The notes beneath the pieces were generated by a model that was given only the letters and a program-made list of their open reading frames with translations, was not told the origin of the DNA and searched no databases. A stretch of DNA of 64,000 nt. It comes from the human T2T-CHM13v2.0 reference genome, Homo sapiens. Position 1 is the first letter of the stretch, and each line of letters begins with the position of its first letter. The stretch lies in the NCBI RefSeq assembly GCF_009914755.1, contig NC_060932.1. The stretch is one strand, 5' to 3'. Below are positions 1 to 17,988 of this stretch, in pieces. A program made the translations under genes and the position numbers.

Positions 1-1967
1 ATTTTCACTTCCATAGCAGGTCTCAAGATATTCCAACAGATTCCAATAGATAAAACCAGTGAGTTGGGCAAGAAAATTCTTCATGTTCAGTTTTCTCAAT
101 TACCACCAGGTGTGTCAAGCTGGTTCTCTTTCCACCGCATTCTGAAAACCTTTAGTTTTATATGCATTTCTATGAATATATCATCTAAAGCAATCATTTT
201 GCTGTTGAAAGTCTACTAGTTTTTCTAAGATCTGAAAACTAAAATATATGTGTAAAATATATGTGTAAAAACTTAAGCCCTATTGTGGTGGTATTAAGAG
301 GTGAGGCATTTGGGGAAGTGATTAAGTCATCAATTCTGATATGAATTTCATGCCAGAAAAGCCCACCATTCATTTCAACTTTTTCTTTCACAGGTGAGAA
401 CACTCATATACCCTGATAGGTTCAGTCATACTACCAGCAGATATCTAAGATAGATCCTTTTAGGCTGTTTTCAATGTTTTAAATCATCTTTGTCCTGTTT
501 CTTGCAGTTCTTTCCACATCCCCTCTGCCCTACTTAAATTGTTGTGTGCTGAGTCAGTCATGAATGTCTAACAGAACTAATTGAATGGAATGCTATGGGA
601 CTATGGGATTATGTTCAACATTTCTCTCTGTCACTTTCTGTTTTTGTTTTGTAAATGATGCTGTCTCATAATTTATTACATTTGTAAATCAGGTATGACC
701 TATCTTTGAACACCTAAATCTCTCCCTGTTATCAAATAATATTTAGGCAATGCTCAGGCTGGGAAGCTCTGTGTGATGCTCACTACAGCCCAGAAGCTAA
801 ACACACCAGGTATTATCATTCTAATCAAAATAGTGAAAAAACAGGCAATGTTCTTTGCCTGTCTAAATAAAATCTTTACTTTTAAGTCCAATGAAAGATT
901 ATTTTCTTCTTTTCCCAGAAAAGAAATTTTAGCCTTATTTTATTGAATCTCATCCCAGTGGCTGAGGTTTTTTTTACAAGCTTGCTCATAAGTTTTCTGT
1001 TGTTTCCCATTCACTAACATCCGAAACACTCACTCATTACTCCACCCCAAGGGACTTCTCGGGAAATATCAGACTGCAGCATATGGCAGCCACTGGGGCC
1101 CAACCCAGACTCTGCTTTTCCATATTACTGCCTATACATTGTGAGTGTCACGAAGAGAGCAGAGCTCTGCCACACTTTTCTTAATGGATAAAGGTAAAAC
1201 AATCATAAAAAGGAAAGATATTGACCACAAAATATACTGTTCTAGACAGGATTGTTAACACTGTTCAAAACCACTGAAGTGAGACAATCTACAAGTACTC
1301 TCCACCTCTATCTTGCAAGCTTACAGTGCATGGCTCTCATCTCTCAGCCATGGGGTGGGGTTGGCTGCATGTGCCATCAGTTGGATTGTTATTCCTGGGA
1401 ATCCAGACCTTACTTCTACAACATGTAGTTTTGAGCTAAAGGAGGTCCCTATAAGACTGTCCAAGAATGGCCCAGAGGCGTGCACAATCTTTCCTACCAT
1501 TTCTCAGCACACTGGAGGCATGTCCATTCAGCACATCTGCTGTGCCCGCCTGCCAGAGAAGGGCCCAGCTAACCTACTTCTCTGAGCCTTTGGAATTTTT
1601 TTTAGTTTATTTACTTCTGTTGATTATAAAATAGAATTGAAAATTTAAAAAGAAAAGGGTAAAAAAAGTAATTGTAATTACCCAAAGCCCAAACTACTCA
1701 GAATTAACTGTTATAAAAATTTTAATGCATATGGCTTCTCTCCCTCTTTTTTCTCTTTTACTGGAAGTGACAGAGAATATGTATGGTACATTATAAATAT
1801 TACATATAGGTCAGGGTGATGGAAGGAGAATTTGGGGATGTGGGTAGAAATTACACATTTTTAAATATTTTATTTTCCCAAGACATAAAAAAATGTACAA
1901 AAAGGGTTAGTATATTTTACTTATTGATAAAATGTACATATCAGGATATTGACCTCAAAATTTTTAA

Positions 1968-2027
1968 TTTTCTTTTTTTCTTTTTTGAGACAAAGTCTCA
2001 CTCTGTCACCCAGGCTGGAGGTGCAGT
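1968..2027 (-). mobile_element. Alu 3' fragment (last ~45 nt plus tail)
   Basis: T-rich tail followed by gagacaaagtctcactctgtcacccaggctggag-gtgcagt, then the homology stops. Confidence 0.85.
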
Positions 2028-2592
2028 AAAGCCAAATTAAAAATGATAACATTTTAAAACTCTTGACCCAGACTGACAAAATGCTTTCAACAATATTGAA
2101 AATGTATTTTATGTAATTTGTTTTATAATTTTAAAACCTATACCAAACACAAATAAAATTCATATATAAGCATATTATACAGATATCCACTCACCCCAAG
2201 CAAAGAAATTCAAATAAAACCCAATACATATGTATTAATGCAATACTACATATAATGTTATATATGTAGTATATGTATATCATATGCATAATATGTATGC
2301 ATGCACTATGTAAGTGTGTGTGTATTGACTATGCTCTTTATCAGTTTTATTATTTTGATGTTAAAATATTTATGTGCTTTTATCTAGCAAATCCATGCTT
2401 TGAAATCTGTTCTGGGGGGGTACTTAAAGATGTGGCTTGAGACATATATTTATATATGCATATTCAAGCATATACATGAAGGCATTATTTATAATGGTGA
2501 AAAATGCAAAATACCCCAATAAATAAATAATAAGAGAATGTGTATATATTTTTTTTCAAAATTCATCCAATGTTGTATGTCACAACACTGGA

Positions 2593-2646
2593 GCACCACT
2601 TCATTCCAGCCCGGGCCACGCAGTGAGACTTTGTCTCAAAAAAAAA
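2593..2646 (+). mobile_element. Alu 3' fragment
   Basis: gcaccacttcattccagcccgggccacgcagtgagactttgtctc followed by an A-tail. Confidence 0.8.
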
Positions 2647-3097
2647 GGAAAAGAGAAGAAACTTTCATTGAGTAAAGGAGAAGGCCTGCCTCCAAGTTTT
2701 AATCATTATTAATGTCCCATATTAATCAGAGAAAGGTTCAGTCTCTTTAGGTTTCCCTTATACAGCACCACTAAGAGAGATAGAAGTAGCTAATATTTTG
2801 TATCCACAATAACAGAATCAGCTTCAGTTTTAGCTGTTAAACATGTCAATTTTTTTCCCTCTCCCTATTCTTTATTTATGCCACCCACCTGTCACACTCT
2901 CCTAATCTACATTCCCCCACCCCTTCTGCAAAAGAATTTACTGCCTGTATGTTGACTCCTTGACTTGACTCACAAAGTCCCCTCTAAAACATATCATGAT
3001 TCATATAACTTTTTCTTCAAATGTGTGATAGAGGCTATATGCATGGGAATCAGCTACTGTGAGCTAGAACAAGGCCAGTATTTAGAAGGAAGCAGAG

Positions 3098-3455
3098 TTT
3101 ATTGGTCCATGTTCATACTGCTAGGAAGAATTATCCGAGACTGGGATATAAGGAAAAGAGGTTTCTTGGACTCACAGTTCCACATGGCTGGGAGGCCTCA
3201 CAATCATGGCAGAAGGTGAAGGAGGATCAAAGGAATGTCTTACATGGCGGCAGGCAAAAGAGCATGTGCAGGTGAACTGCCCTTTATAAAACCATCAGAT
3301 CTCATGACACTTATTCACTATCATGAGAACAGCATGGGAAAAATCCACCCCCATGATTCAGTTACCTCCTACTGGGTCCCTCCCATGACAGTTGGGGATT
3401 ATGGAAGCTACAATTCAAGATGTGATTTGGGTGAGGACACAGCCAGACCATATCA
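3098..3455 (-). mobile_element. THE1 (THE1C/D-like) MaLR solo LTR
   Basis: Reverse complement of the THE1 LTR, ending ...agccagaccatatca. Perfect 5-bp TSD CAGAG at 3093-3097 and 3456-3460. Confidence 0.92.
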
Positions 3456-5267
3456 CAGAGGAAGAGAAAGTTCACAGCATCAGTTACATCTCTGGATCCA
3501 ACCAGCCTGAAAGTTTATCTATTCTTAACCTTCCAGGATAAAAGAGTTACTGAATGCTCTTCATATCAGCTAGTTTTAGTTGAAATTCTGTTGGCTTTAA
3601 AATCAAATAATTACCAAAAAATACAGAAATTTAAACCAGGATTGCAGTGTTAAAAGTAACATACCGTGAAACAAGGAACTGATTGAAATAAAATGAACTG
3701 TAGATCATTTGGGAGGAGAGGTGACAGGAAGCTCTGTCTCTGGTTAGAAATTTCATAAAACTTGTTTAACACTAAAAGAAAAGATGGCTAAATTAAAACC
3801 AACTGTTAGTTGAGTTTAGACCAGGTACATACCAAACCTAGAAGGGTAGAAAACTTAAATAAAAAAATCACATGATGGTGGAATATGTTAATTGTTTCTT
3901 ACAGACGTTAGAAGAATTCTGATAGAAAAGAACCCATTTCAATCTCAGGCATCATACCTGAATTTGAAAAGAGATGACATGTAGTTCTTTTCTTAAGATA
4001 GGAGCTTTTCTACCTGAAGGCAGCAATCCTAGAGTACAGAGGATCAGATAAGCCTTTGGCCTCCAAGAACTAAACACAACAAAATAAAACATTTTGCTCA
4101 AAGGTGAAGGGCAAATAGACAGGCAACAAATGCAATGGGGATTAGTTTTTGGATTCAGGGGTATTTAGAAAATGAGTAATGCTGATTCTTTTTACCCCAC
4201 CCTTCCATCATCTCCTTCTCTTGACTTCATAAGGCAAAGGTAATAATTGTTTCCATTTTACAGGACACATCCTTGTTAAGAGGCAACTGTTGAGCTATGC
4301 TTCATCACTCATGCCTGTTATTTTACATTGCCCTTTGGTTTTCATTTGGTTGCCCTAATGGATGTCATTACTCTGAGGCCTGTGGGAAAGGATAGAAAGG
4401 ACAGAAGACTATTGCCTAGAAAAAGAAACAAAAGTATGATCCGGATTCAACAATTATGGAGTTACATTTCTATAATTAGTTTCTAATCTGTGGTGTTTCT
4501 TATAATCAAATTGACTAGCTGCCTAATAGGGTGTTATATTTATTCAGAGAAACTCCCAACAATTTTTTACAAAAGTCTGTGAAATTCTTTGAACCGCAAG
4601 ATAGTTCCTAGGCCTGCATAATTTAGCCCATTGAAATGGATTGCTGTCTGTCCCTTATTATGTTCACTTAAAATGCTCTGGGTTGCGTCAATGACGAATA
4701 AAATTATCCCAGAGAGAACTGTGTGCTACCAGATTGCCAAACTAAAGAACTCACACTATTATCAGAAGAGGGATTATTTTTCCCTACCCTAGCCAAATAG
4801 CATGTGACATCTTCCATATACAGATATTTACTGTATTTGCTTTGCCTGTCCTTGTTTTTTAAATTGGAGTTTTAATGGTGTTCTCCCTGTACCTCTATAT
4901 TTTGGAAGATTTTTTCAGTGACTATATTTACTTCATCATATGTCTCAGGATAATCAGGGAGCCACATCTGACCTAGATGAGAGGCATGAAAATCATCTCA
5001 AAATTCCTTACTTAGAGCTAAAAGCATTTATATATGTGATTCTAGGTTATATCCTTATGGAGGAGACAAGTGTATGTGTGTGTATGTGTGTGAATGATTG
5101 TATTATATGGTGTATAATGCATATAGTACTGCAAGGTAGTTCCTAGGCAGGAACTAGTATTTGACTAGTGTTTGGTTAAATAATAGTCTAGATATTGCTG
5201 TGCAGATATTGTTTCGATGTGACTAACATTTAGAGTCAGTCGACTTTACATAAAGTACATTTACTTC

Positions 5268-5629
5268 TGTCTTGGTCTGTTCAGGCTGGTACAACAAAAT
5301 ACCATAAAGTGGGTAGCATGTTAACATCAGCAATTTATTTCTTACACTTCTGGAGGCTGGAAAGTCCAAGACCAGGGTGCTGACAGATTCAGTCTCTGGT
5401 AAGGAACCACTTTCCGGCTCACAGTTAGCATTTTCTCAGATGTTCTCACATGATAGAAGGGTGAGGGTTTCTCCGGGGCCACATTTATAAGGCCACTGAT
5501 CTCATTCATAAAACTCTGACCTGACAACCTAATCATTTCTCAAAGGGTCCAACCTCTAAGACCATCACTTTAGGGACTAGGATTTCAACAAATGAATTTG
5601 AGGGAAACAGAAACATTCAGATCATAGCA
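5268..5629 (-). mobile_element. MLT1A/MLT1A0 MaLR solo LTR nested in MLT2
   Basis: Termini tgtcttggtc and cagatcatagca; core ttctggaggctggaaagtccaag; degenerate TSD acttc/ctttc. Confidence 0.85.
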
Positions 5630-5822
5630 CTTTCCACAATATAGGTGGGCTGCAAGCAACCCTTAAGAACAAACACTGAGGTTTCCCAAAGAAGGAATTC
5701 TGCCTCAAAACTGCAACAGCAAAATCCTGAGTTTTCAGCCTGCTGGCTTGCCTTACAGATTCAGACTTGCCAGCTCCACAGTAGCATGAGCTAGTGCGTT
5801 AAAACCTCTCTCCATTTCTCCA

Positions 5823-5838
5823 TCTCTCTCTCTCTCTT

Positions 5839-5882
<44 letters not shown>
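5823..5882. repeat. (CT)n-(TG)n compound microsatellite
   Basis: Read directly; lies in the simple-repeat zone of the MLT2 LTR. Confidence 0.95.
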
Positions 5883-5885
<3 letters not shown>

Positions 5886-5944
5886 ATTTCTGTTTCTCTG
5901 ATGAACTCTAACACATATTATGAAAATATTTTGTTTTGCTTTTT

Positions 5945-6480
5945 ATAAAACCATTTTATTGAGATACAATTGGCATATATTAAACACATTTAAAGTGAAA
6001 AATTTGGTAAGTTTTGACTTATATATTGTGCTATGAAATGAGCAGCACAATCAAGGTAATCAACACACCTGTCGTCCCTGTAAATTTCCTTTTGCCTTTT
6101 TGTAATCTCTTGCTTCAAATCCTCTCCTGACTATTTCCATGTCTCCAGAAAACCACTGATATGATTTTGTCATTCCACATGAGCTTGAATTTCCTAGATT
6201 TGTCTATAAGTGGTATCATGATCATGTGGTCTGCAAATCAAGACAATTTTGTGTCCTTTTTAGCAATCTGGAAATGTGTTATTTCTTTTTTTCTTGCATT
6301 ATTGCACTGACAAGAACTTTAGGTATAATGTTGAATAGAAGTAGTTAAAGAGTCCATCTCTGTTTCGTTCCTGATCTTAGGAGGAATGTTTTTATTCTTA
6401 CACTACTAAGATGTTAACTGTTTTTGTGTGTGTTTGGATTCTGGCTTTTTAAAAACATTCTTATTGGGTTAAAATTGTTC
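5945..6480 (-). mobile_element. Old L1M fragment (3' end plus an ORF2 piece)
   Basis: ttttattgagatacaatt resembles an L1M 3' end; tataatgttgaatagaag...gttcctgatcttag matches antisense ORF2. Confidence 0.65.
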
Positions 6481-6485
6481 CCCCA

Positions 6486-6790
6486 GGCCGGGTGCGGTGG
6501 CTCAGGCCTATAATCCCAGCACTTTGGGAGGCCGAGGCGGGCAGATCACGAGGTCAGGAGATAGAGACCATCCTGGTTAACACAGTGAAACCCCATCTCT
6601 ACTAAAAATACAAAAAATTAGCCGGGCCTGTTGGCCGGTGCCTGTAGTCCCAGCTACTCAGGAGGCTGAGGCTACAGAACGCGTGAACCCGGGAGGCGGA
6701 GCTTGCAGTGAGCTGAGATGGCACCACTGCAGTCCGGCCTGGGCGACAGAACGAGACTCCATCTCAAAAAAAAAAAAAAAACAAAAAAAC
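6486..6790 (+). mobile_element. AluY
   Basis: Full dimer with gatcacgaggtcaggaga and gcggagcttgcagtg. TSD attgttccccca at 6474-6485 and 6791-6802. Confidence 0.95.
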
Positions 6791-8024
6791 ATTGTTCCCC
6801 CATTCCTTCATATTACTCCATCTTGGTTGGAAGCAGAAGTTCACCTTTGTGATCTTTTTTTTGGGATTGCGCCCTTGAAATAAGAAATGATGGGGATTCT
6901 GGGTATTCAAAAAGTGAAATATGGTAGATACATATTGTCTGTGCCCTTGTAGCAGTGAGATACCCCTTCTTGTTCCACATGATGTGAGTTCCAATTATAG
7001 TATCTAATATTGCTGGACCCAAGTATTTGTTCAAGTATAGGCATATGACACGAGGGGAAAATCAGGCTGATTCCATAGAATTAACGACAGTGGCCAAACT
7101 GATCTCTTCCCACTGTGTTTTCTAAAATAGAAGAATATACATTTAGGACTCCTAATATTTATCTTATGTAGCCCTTTAAAATGCTTGCAATAAAGTCAAA
7201 TGAGACTAATCCACAATGGGATGTAATTATTTGTTTATTCATTTATTTTTCTTTAACACTTACAGAATGGCTACTATGTCTCAGGCATATCTTTAAGCAC
7301 TTTCTACAGTGGAATTGAATTATGGGAAGATAAATAGTTTAGTTAACCTCCTTTGAGATTCTTGAGTCAGTTTTGTCTGATTATGATATGGCATGTGCCA
7401 ATAAATTAAATGGCTTTCATCGATGAATTTATTTTTTCTTGGGCGAGTTTGAATAGAGATACTGTCTTTTCACCTGAAAGAGACATGTAACATTGTTTTT
7501 AGTAACATTGAGTAACTTAAGCAACTTAAAGGTAGTGAAAAAGAAATCCACATTTCTATTCCCTATCCTTAGCACTCTGATGTAAAATGAGAGTTTGTTT
7601 TTACTTTCATGAAAACACAATAAAATTATATAAAGTGTGATAGCTGTTATATTTGTCAGTTGATACTCTCTTCCACATAAAAGAGGGAAAATAAGATTGA
7701 AAAAGATTGCTGATAGGCTAATAATAATTTTTTAGCAACATTATTACTGTTTAAGAAAGCATTTTCTTATCTACTTGCATATTTTTAAAAATTGAAAGTA
7801 TGTAGTACTATTATTCTATTTATATATAACAAAAATGTGTCCAACAAGCTGTCATATAATGAATTAATGGGACTTTACAAGTATGTTCTAATTTTCCTCT
7901 CCAGTTGGCATAGCCCTCTTTAAAACGTATTAACCTGACAATTTTAGATATTTTTTCTGGGAAGAATTAAATACCAAGTTCTTTATCATCATAAAACATC
8001 CAGATCTGGATCTTAGTGCTTTTC

Positions 8025-8369
<345 letters not shown>

Positions 8370-10604
8370 TAAAAATGTTGGTTGCTCTTGATGTTTTTCT
8401 TTGCCTAACGTTGAGTAACTTAAGGGTAGCAAAAAAGAAATCCACATTTGTATTCTCCATCCTTAGCACTTAACCAGATATATAGAGGCTTTTGATAAAT
8501 ATTGGCTATATGACTGAATTCCTGGATGGTAGGATCTTCAAAATTTTCATGCATAAAATATTTACTTATTGCCTTTTAAAAAAGAATCCGAACTATACTT
8601 CATTAAGCTTTAACTGTTGTTTTAATTAAGGCTTAACTTCAAAAACATAATAGAAATTGTTACTAGGAAATGAGAAGCCCTTATGGGCACATGAGGGATG
8701 GGAGTTGATCTCTGTGGGACATTTTTTATTCATTCAATTATTTGTTCAAAGGTTGAATTCAAAACTTGTGGTTTCCCCTCCCTCTCATAGGAACAACCAG
8801 ATAACAATGCTGGCTGTCTTTATGGGTGCCCATAGAGACCTTCCAGGATTCCCTGACATGATGCAATCCTCAACTCATGCAGGCTGCTGATGAAAATGCC
8901 AAGTATTGTTTGTGAGACAGGGGCAGGATTGTGGATGCCACATACCCATCTGCGGCTTTACAAGTCTGTTGTTTTAAGAAATAGCTTTCTTTGTAACTTG
9001 CCTGCAATTTCAAAGAGACACTATGTCAGTCACCATCAAGTAGACTTGGCATTAGCAAAGATGCAACAGCTGAGGCTGTGAGCTCATTACTGGAAACTAG
9101 GAACCACTGTGGTCAAGTGTTTCCCTTTTAAGTAAAAAGGAGCCTTTGAAGGAGAGTCTGCAATTTGCAAATCTTTGCTGAGAATGTGTCCTTTGAGGTT
9201 CTTTTTTGGAGCTGGATTTTATGAATTGCTGAAAATAGAACTTTAAATAATAATTGTAGTGGTCATAAGAATTTTCATGTTCCTAAGTGTCCTCATATCA
9301 AGTTCTAAATGCCAACAAATCCACTCATCTCTTAAAATGCCTTGGGTTTACCATTTCTGAATGTAGTTATACAGGGTTATATTCTTTTGTATTTGTGTTG
9401 GTGTTTGGGACATTTAAAAATATTTTAAAGTTAATCAAGATAATAGCAAGACTGAGTTGGAAGCACTATATTGATAAAGACAATTTTGTATTTCTATACT
9501 GTCCTTTATTTAAGGAACCAAAACCTCAAATAGAGGCCTCCATTAATCTTGAAGATGAATATCTTAAAAAGGAAAGAAGGAAGTACTTTTGTAAGCCATC
9601 TTTCTGGAAAACATTCCAACCCTCACATATTCCATTACTAACAATTTATAATCAACTGTGTACCAGGCACTGAGATAAAACATGTATAATGCAGGAAGCT
9701 TTTAGCTAGCAAAGAAAGTCATGTAAATATATAATTTCTTTACAGTGTCCATTGTATGGTAGATTTCTACACAATCTACCATAATTGTGTAGAAATCCAT
9801 ATGCAGAGATTCTCAGCGATTCTCTTTGCCTAACATACATGAAGGATCAGACATAATTACATCAGTAATAGTTACTTCTGAGGGTAAAGATAACGCGGGG
9901 TGGGAGTAGAGAGAGCAGCATTCACAAACATAACAAGATACCTAGGAACAAACAAAACTCACTCATATGGCTGTAATCCAAAAGGCAGAGAGGAAACAGG
10001 GGCTGCTAATGTGTGGAGACCCAGTGGGATACATATTCTGAAGCATCTCATAAGTCACAGTACAGTCCAGTCTGTGCTTAACCAAAGTAGGTAAGACTCA
10101 TGGAAGAGTTTTACATCAAGATCATACAATATTTCTATTTAGAAATTTTTATCAGGTGTCAGTATAGATAATATTTTTGAGAGAAACATATACAGCTGGG
10201 ACATGGATATAGCTGCATTGCAATTTCAAAGGCACATTGCAATTTAAACTTAGTGCTGCTTTTACTTCCTGAAGGCAACAACCCTGAGACCAAGCCCAGC
10301 TGTGCTCTGTCATGTCCCATGCCTTCTTTGGAGCTAGGAATATTTGGGGATTTACCTACTAATTAGTTTAAAAGAGAAAACCCTGACAATTTCCTTCTTG
10401 TATGTCCCGGGATACCTGAAAGTCATATTGTGGGATTCTTAGTCCCCTCTATATGTGACAAGGATGAAACATTCAGTTAATCTTATATTTCCAAGAGGTG
10501 AAGAGAAGGAGGATACACCATCCTTCACCTCTAGGATATCTCAGGGAAGACACTTTGTCCCACAGAATCTATGGGATGTGAACTCTCTCAAAAGGAATTG
10601 ATAG

Positions 10605-10730
10605 TGTCTCACTGTTCCTTATCTGGAAAATGGGATAGTTCCTACCTTGCAAGACTCTTGTAAGAATTATAGGTAATATATACAAAGTGCATAGAGTAGT
10701 GCCTATTTTATAATGGGTCTTCAATAATGT
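10605..10730 (+). mobile_element. MIR fragment
   Basis: ttccttatctggaaaatgggata...aaagtgc...tcaataa matches the MIR core. Confidence 0.6.
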
Positions 10731-11529
10731 ATAAAGTAATTATTTGTATATATTATTCTTTAAATTATTTAAATTATTCTTATAAAAAGAGGCCATGAAC
10801 AAGAGAATTACCTGGGATAAAGATGCATGGAACTCTGTAGAGGAAAGAGATGTGAGCAAGGAGAATTTGATTATGTTGTTCATTTTTCATAAAATTTGAA
10901 CATTCTGAAACTCTTGAACATATGATTTCTGAAAACATTCAGTGGCAAAATATATGAGGTGGGAAAAGCTGGGGCAGATAAGACTCAGTGGATAGCTGTG
11001 GCTCCTGTCAGGATGGTAATTATCAGAAGAGATTAGCAAGCATCTAAGAAAGATAGCAGGGGTGAAAGCCCCAGCAGAGAGAAGACAAATGTCAAGAAAC
11101 TTAGAAACAAAGGGTAAAATCTAATGTTATCTTATCACTAGAGTTGATAAAAGACAGCCATAGTGTACCTATAAAGAAGCTTCCGGAACTGGAGTACTTC
11201 AAAGAGGTACATGAGGAAGCCTGCAAAATCGTGTGCTTTCACAGAAGTTGAAGAAATCCACTTTAGGAATCCCCTGGGGCAGATGAACTAAAGGGCAGTC
11301 TCTGCAAGGCAGACCATGAGCTCACAAATTATCGCCAAACAGGTCATCTCCAAATCTCCAAGTTTGGCACAAGAAGCTTGAAGCTTATCAGTGCTTACGT
11401 TCAGATGTACTCCCTTTCACACCTTGACAATTTCTACACAAAGTCAATCTCTTCCACCACCTTTTAGTCTTTATATAGAGAATACATTTCTACTACTTTC
11501 CTGGAAACTCCCAATTAAATTCAAAAGAA

Positions 11530-11700
11530 TAATTCATTCATTTATGTAGCCAGTGGGCTAGGCTCTTTGCGGGTTTCTAGAGAGAATACAGAGTAAAAGA
11601 CATAATTGTCTCTATTCTTATGTGACACTGTATTCTAGTACTGGAGATTCATATTAAACAACCAATCATACAATTAATTATTTAATGCTCACTGAGGTGA
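11530..11700 (-). mobile_element. L2 3' fragment
   Basis: attcattcattt tail followed by degenerate antisense L2 3' sequence. Confidence 0.45.
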
Positions 11701-11755
11701 AATGTGGGGATACTATGAGAATATGTATAATTGTGATCACTATTGCTTTTTATTT

Positions 11756-12082
<327 letters not shown>

Positions 12083-12574
12083 TGAACAACAGGAGGCCTT
12101 TGAATGATTAAAGTCAGAGTCTGCCATGACCATATTTGCTTTAGTAAAGGATCACCTAGATTGTCTGCTTAGAAGTGTTTCCTTTCCATGTATTTGCTGA
12201 TTGAACACTGTTCACCTGGGAGCCATACAATTTTCTGCTACTGCAAAGGAAACAACAGTTCTCAGCAACTGCCACTGCCTCTCCAGTCTTTATCTTCTGT
12301 GTTCCACAGATGCATGTGAGGTCATGGTGGGATGGAGAATGGTCTTCTTACCAATTCTGTGACTCACTTCTGCCTGTGCTTTGAATCTCATAAACCCTTC
12401 TTTTCCTTTAGAAACTCAAAATCTGTCCAGAAGACAAGAAAAGGAGAGATGGCACATCATGCCTGCATGGATTTTACAGAATACTTTTCATGTATGTCAA
12501 TTCATATAAATAAGATTTTGTGTATTTGACTCCATTACTTGTAAAAACAAACAAACAAAACAACAACAAAAAAA

Positions 12575-15983
<3,409 letters not shown>

Positions 15984-16154
15984 TGTCAAATGTGGTGGCA
16001 TGTGCCTGTGGTCTTAGGTACTCAGGAGGCTAAGGCAGGTGTATTGCTTGAGCACAGGAGTTCAAGATTACAGTGACATATCATCACGTGATTGTCCTCC
16101 AACCTGGGGAACAGAAGAAGAAAACATCTCTTAAAAAAGAAAAAAAGAAAGAAA
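15984..16154 (+). mobile_element. AluJ/FRAM-like right monomer
   Basis: tgtggtggcatgtgcctgtggtc...ttgcttgagcacaggagttcaag followed by an A-rich tail. Confidence 0.8.

Positions 16155-17988
<1,834 letters not shown>

Larger units (their letters stand above)
5160..5915 (+). mobile_element. MLT2 (MLT2C/D-like, ERVL) LTR, split by an MLT1A insertion
   Basis: Blocks tagtctagatattgctgtg, actgaggtttccc-gaaggaattctgcctc, cagattcagacttgccagc and the terminal tctgtttctctg..taacaca match MLT2. The left boundary is approximate. Confidence 0.75.

Noticed and set aside
3460-4100. Possible older MLT1 LTR and internal sequence hosting the THE1 LTR
   Set aside because: The similarity is too weak by eye to set boundaries; it needs an HMM search.
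9287-9673. 128-aa ORF in unique DNA
   Set aside because: Non-ATG start, AT-biased composition, no recognisable domain and no clear splice context.
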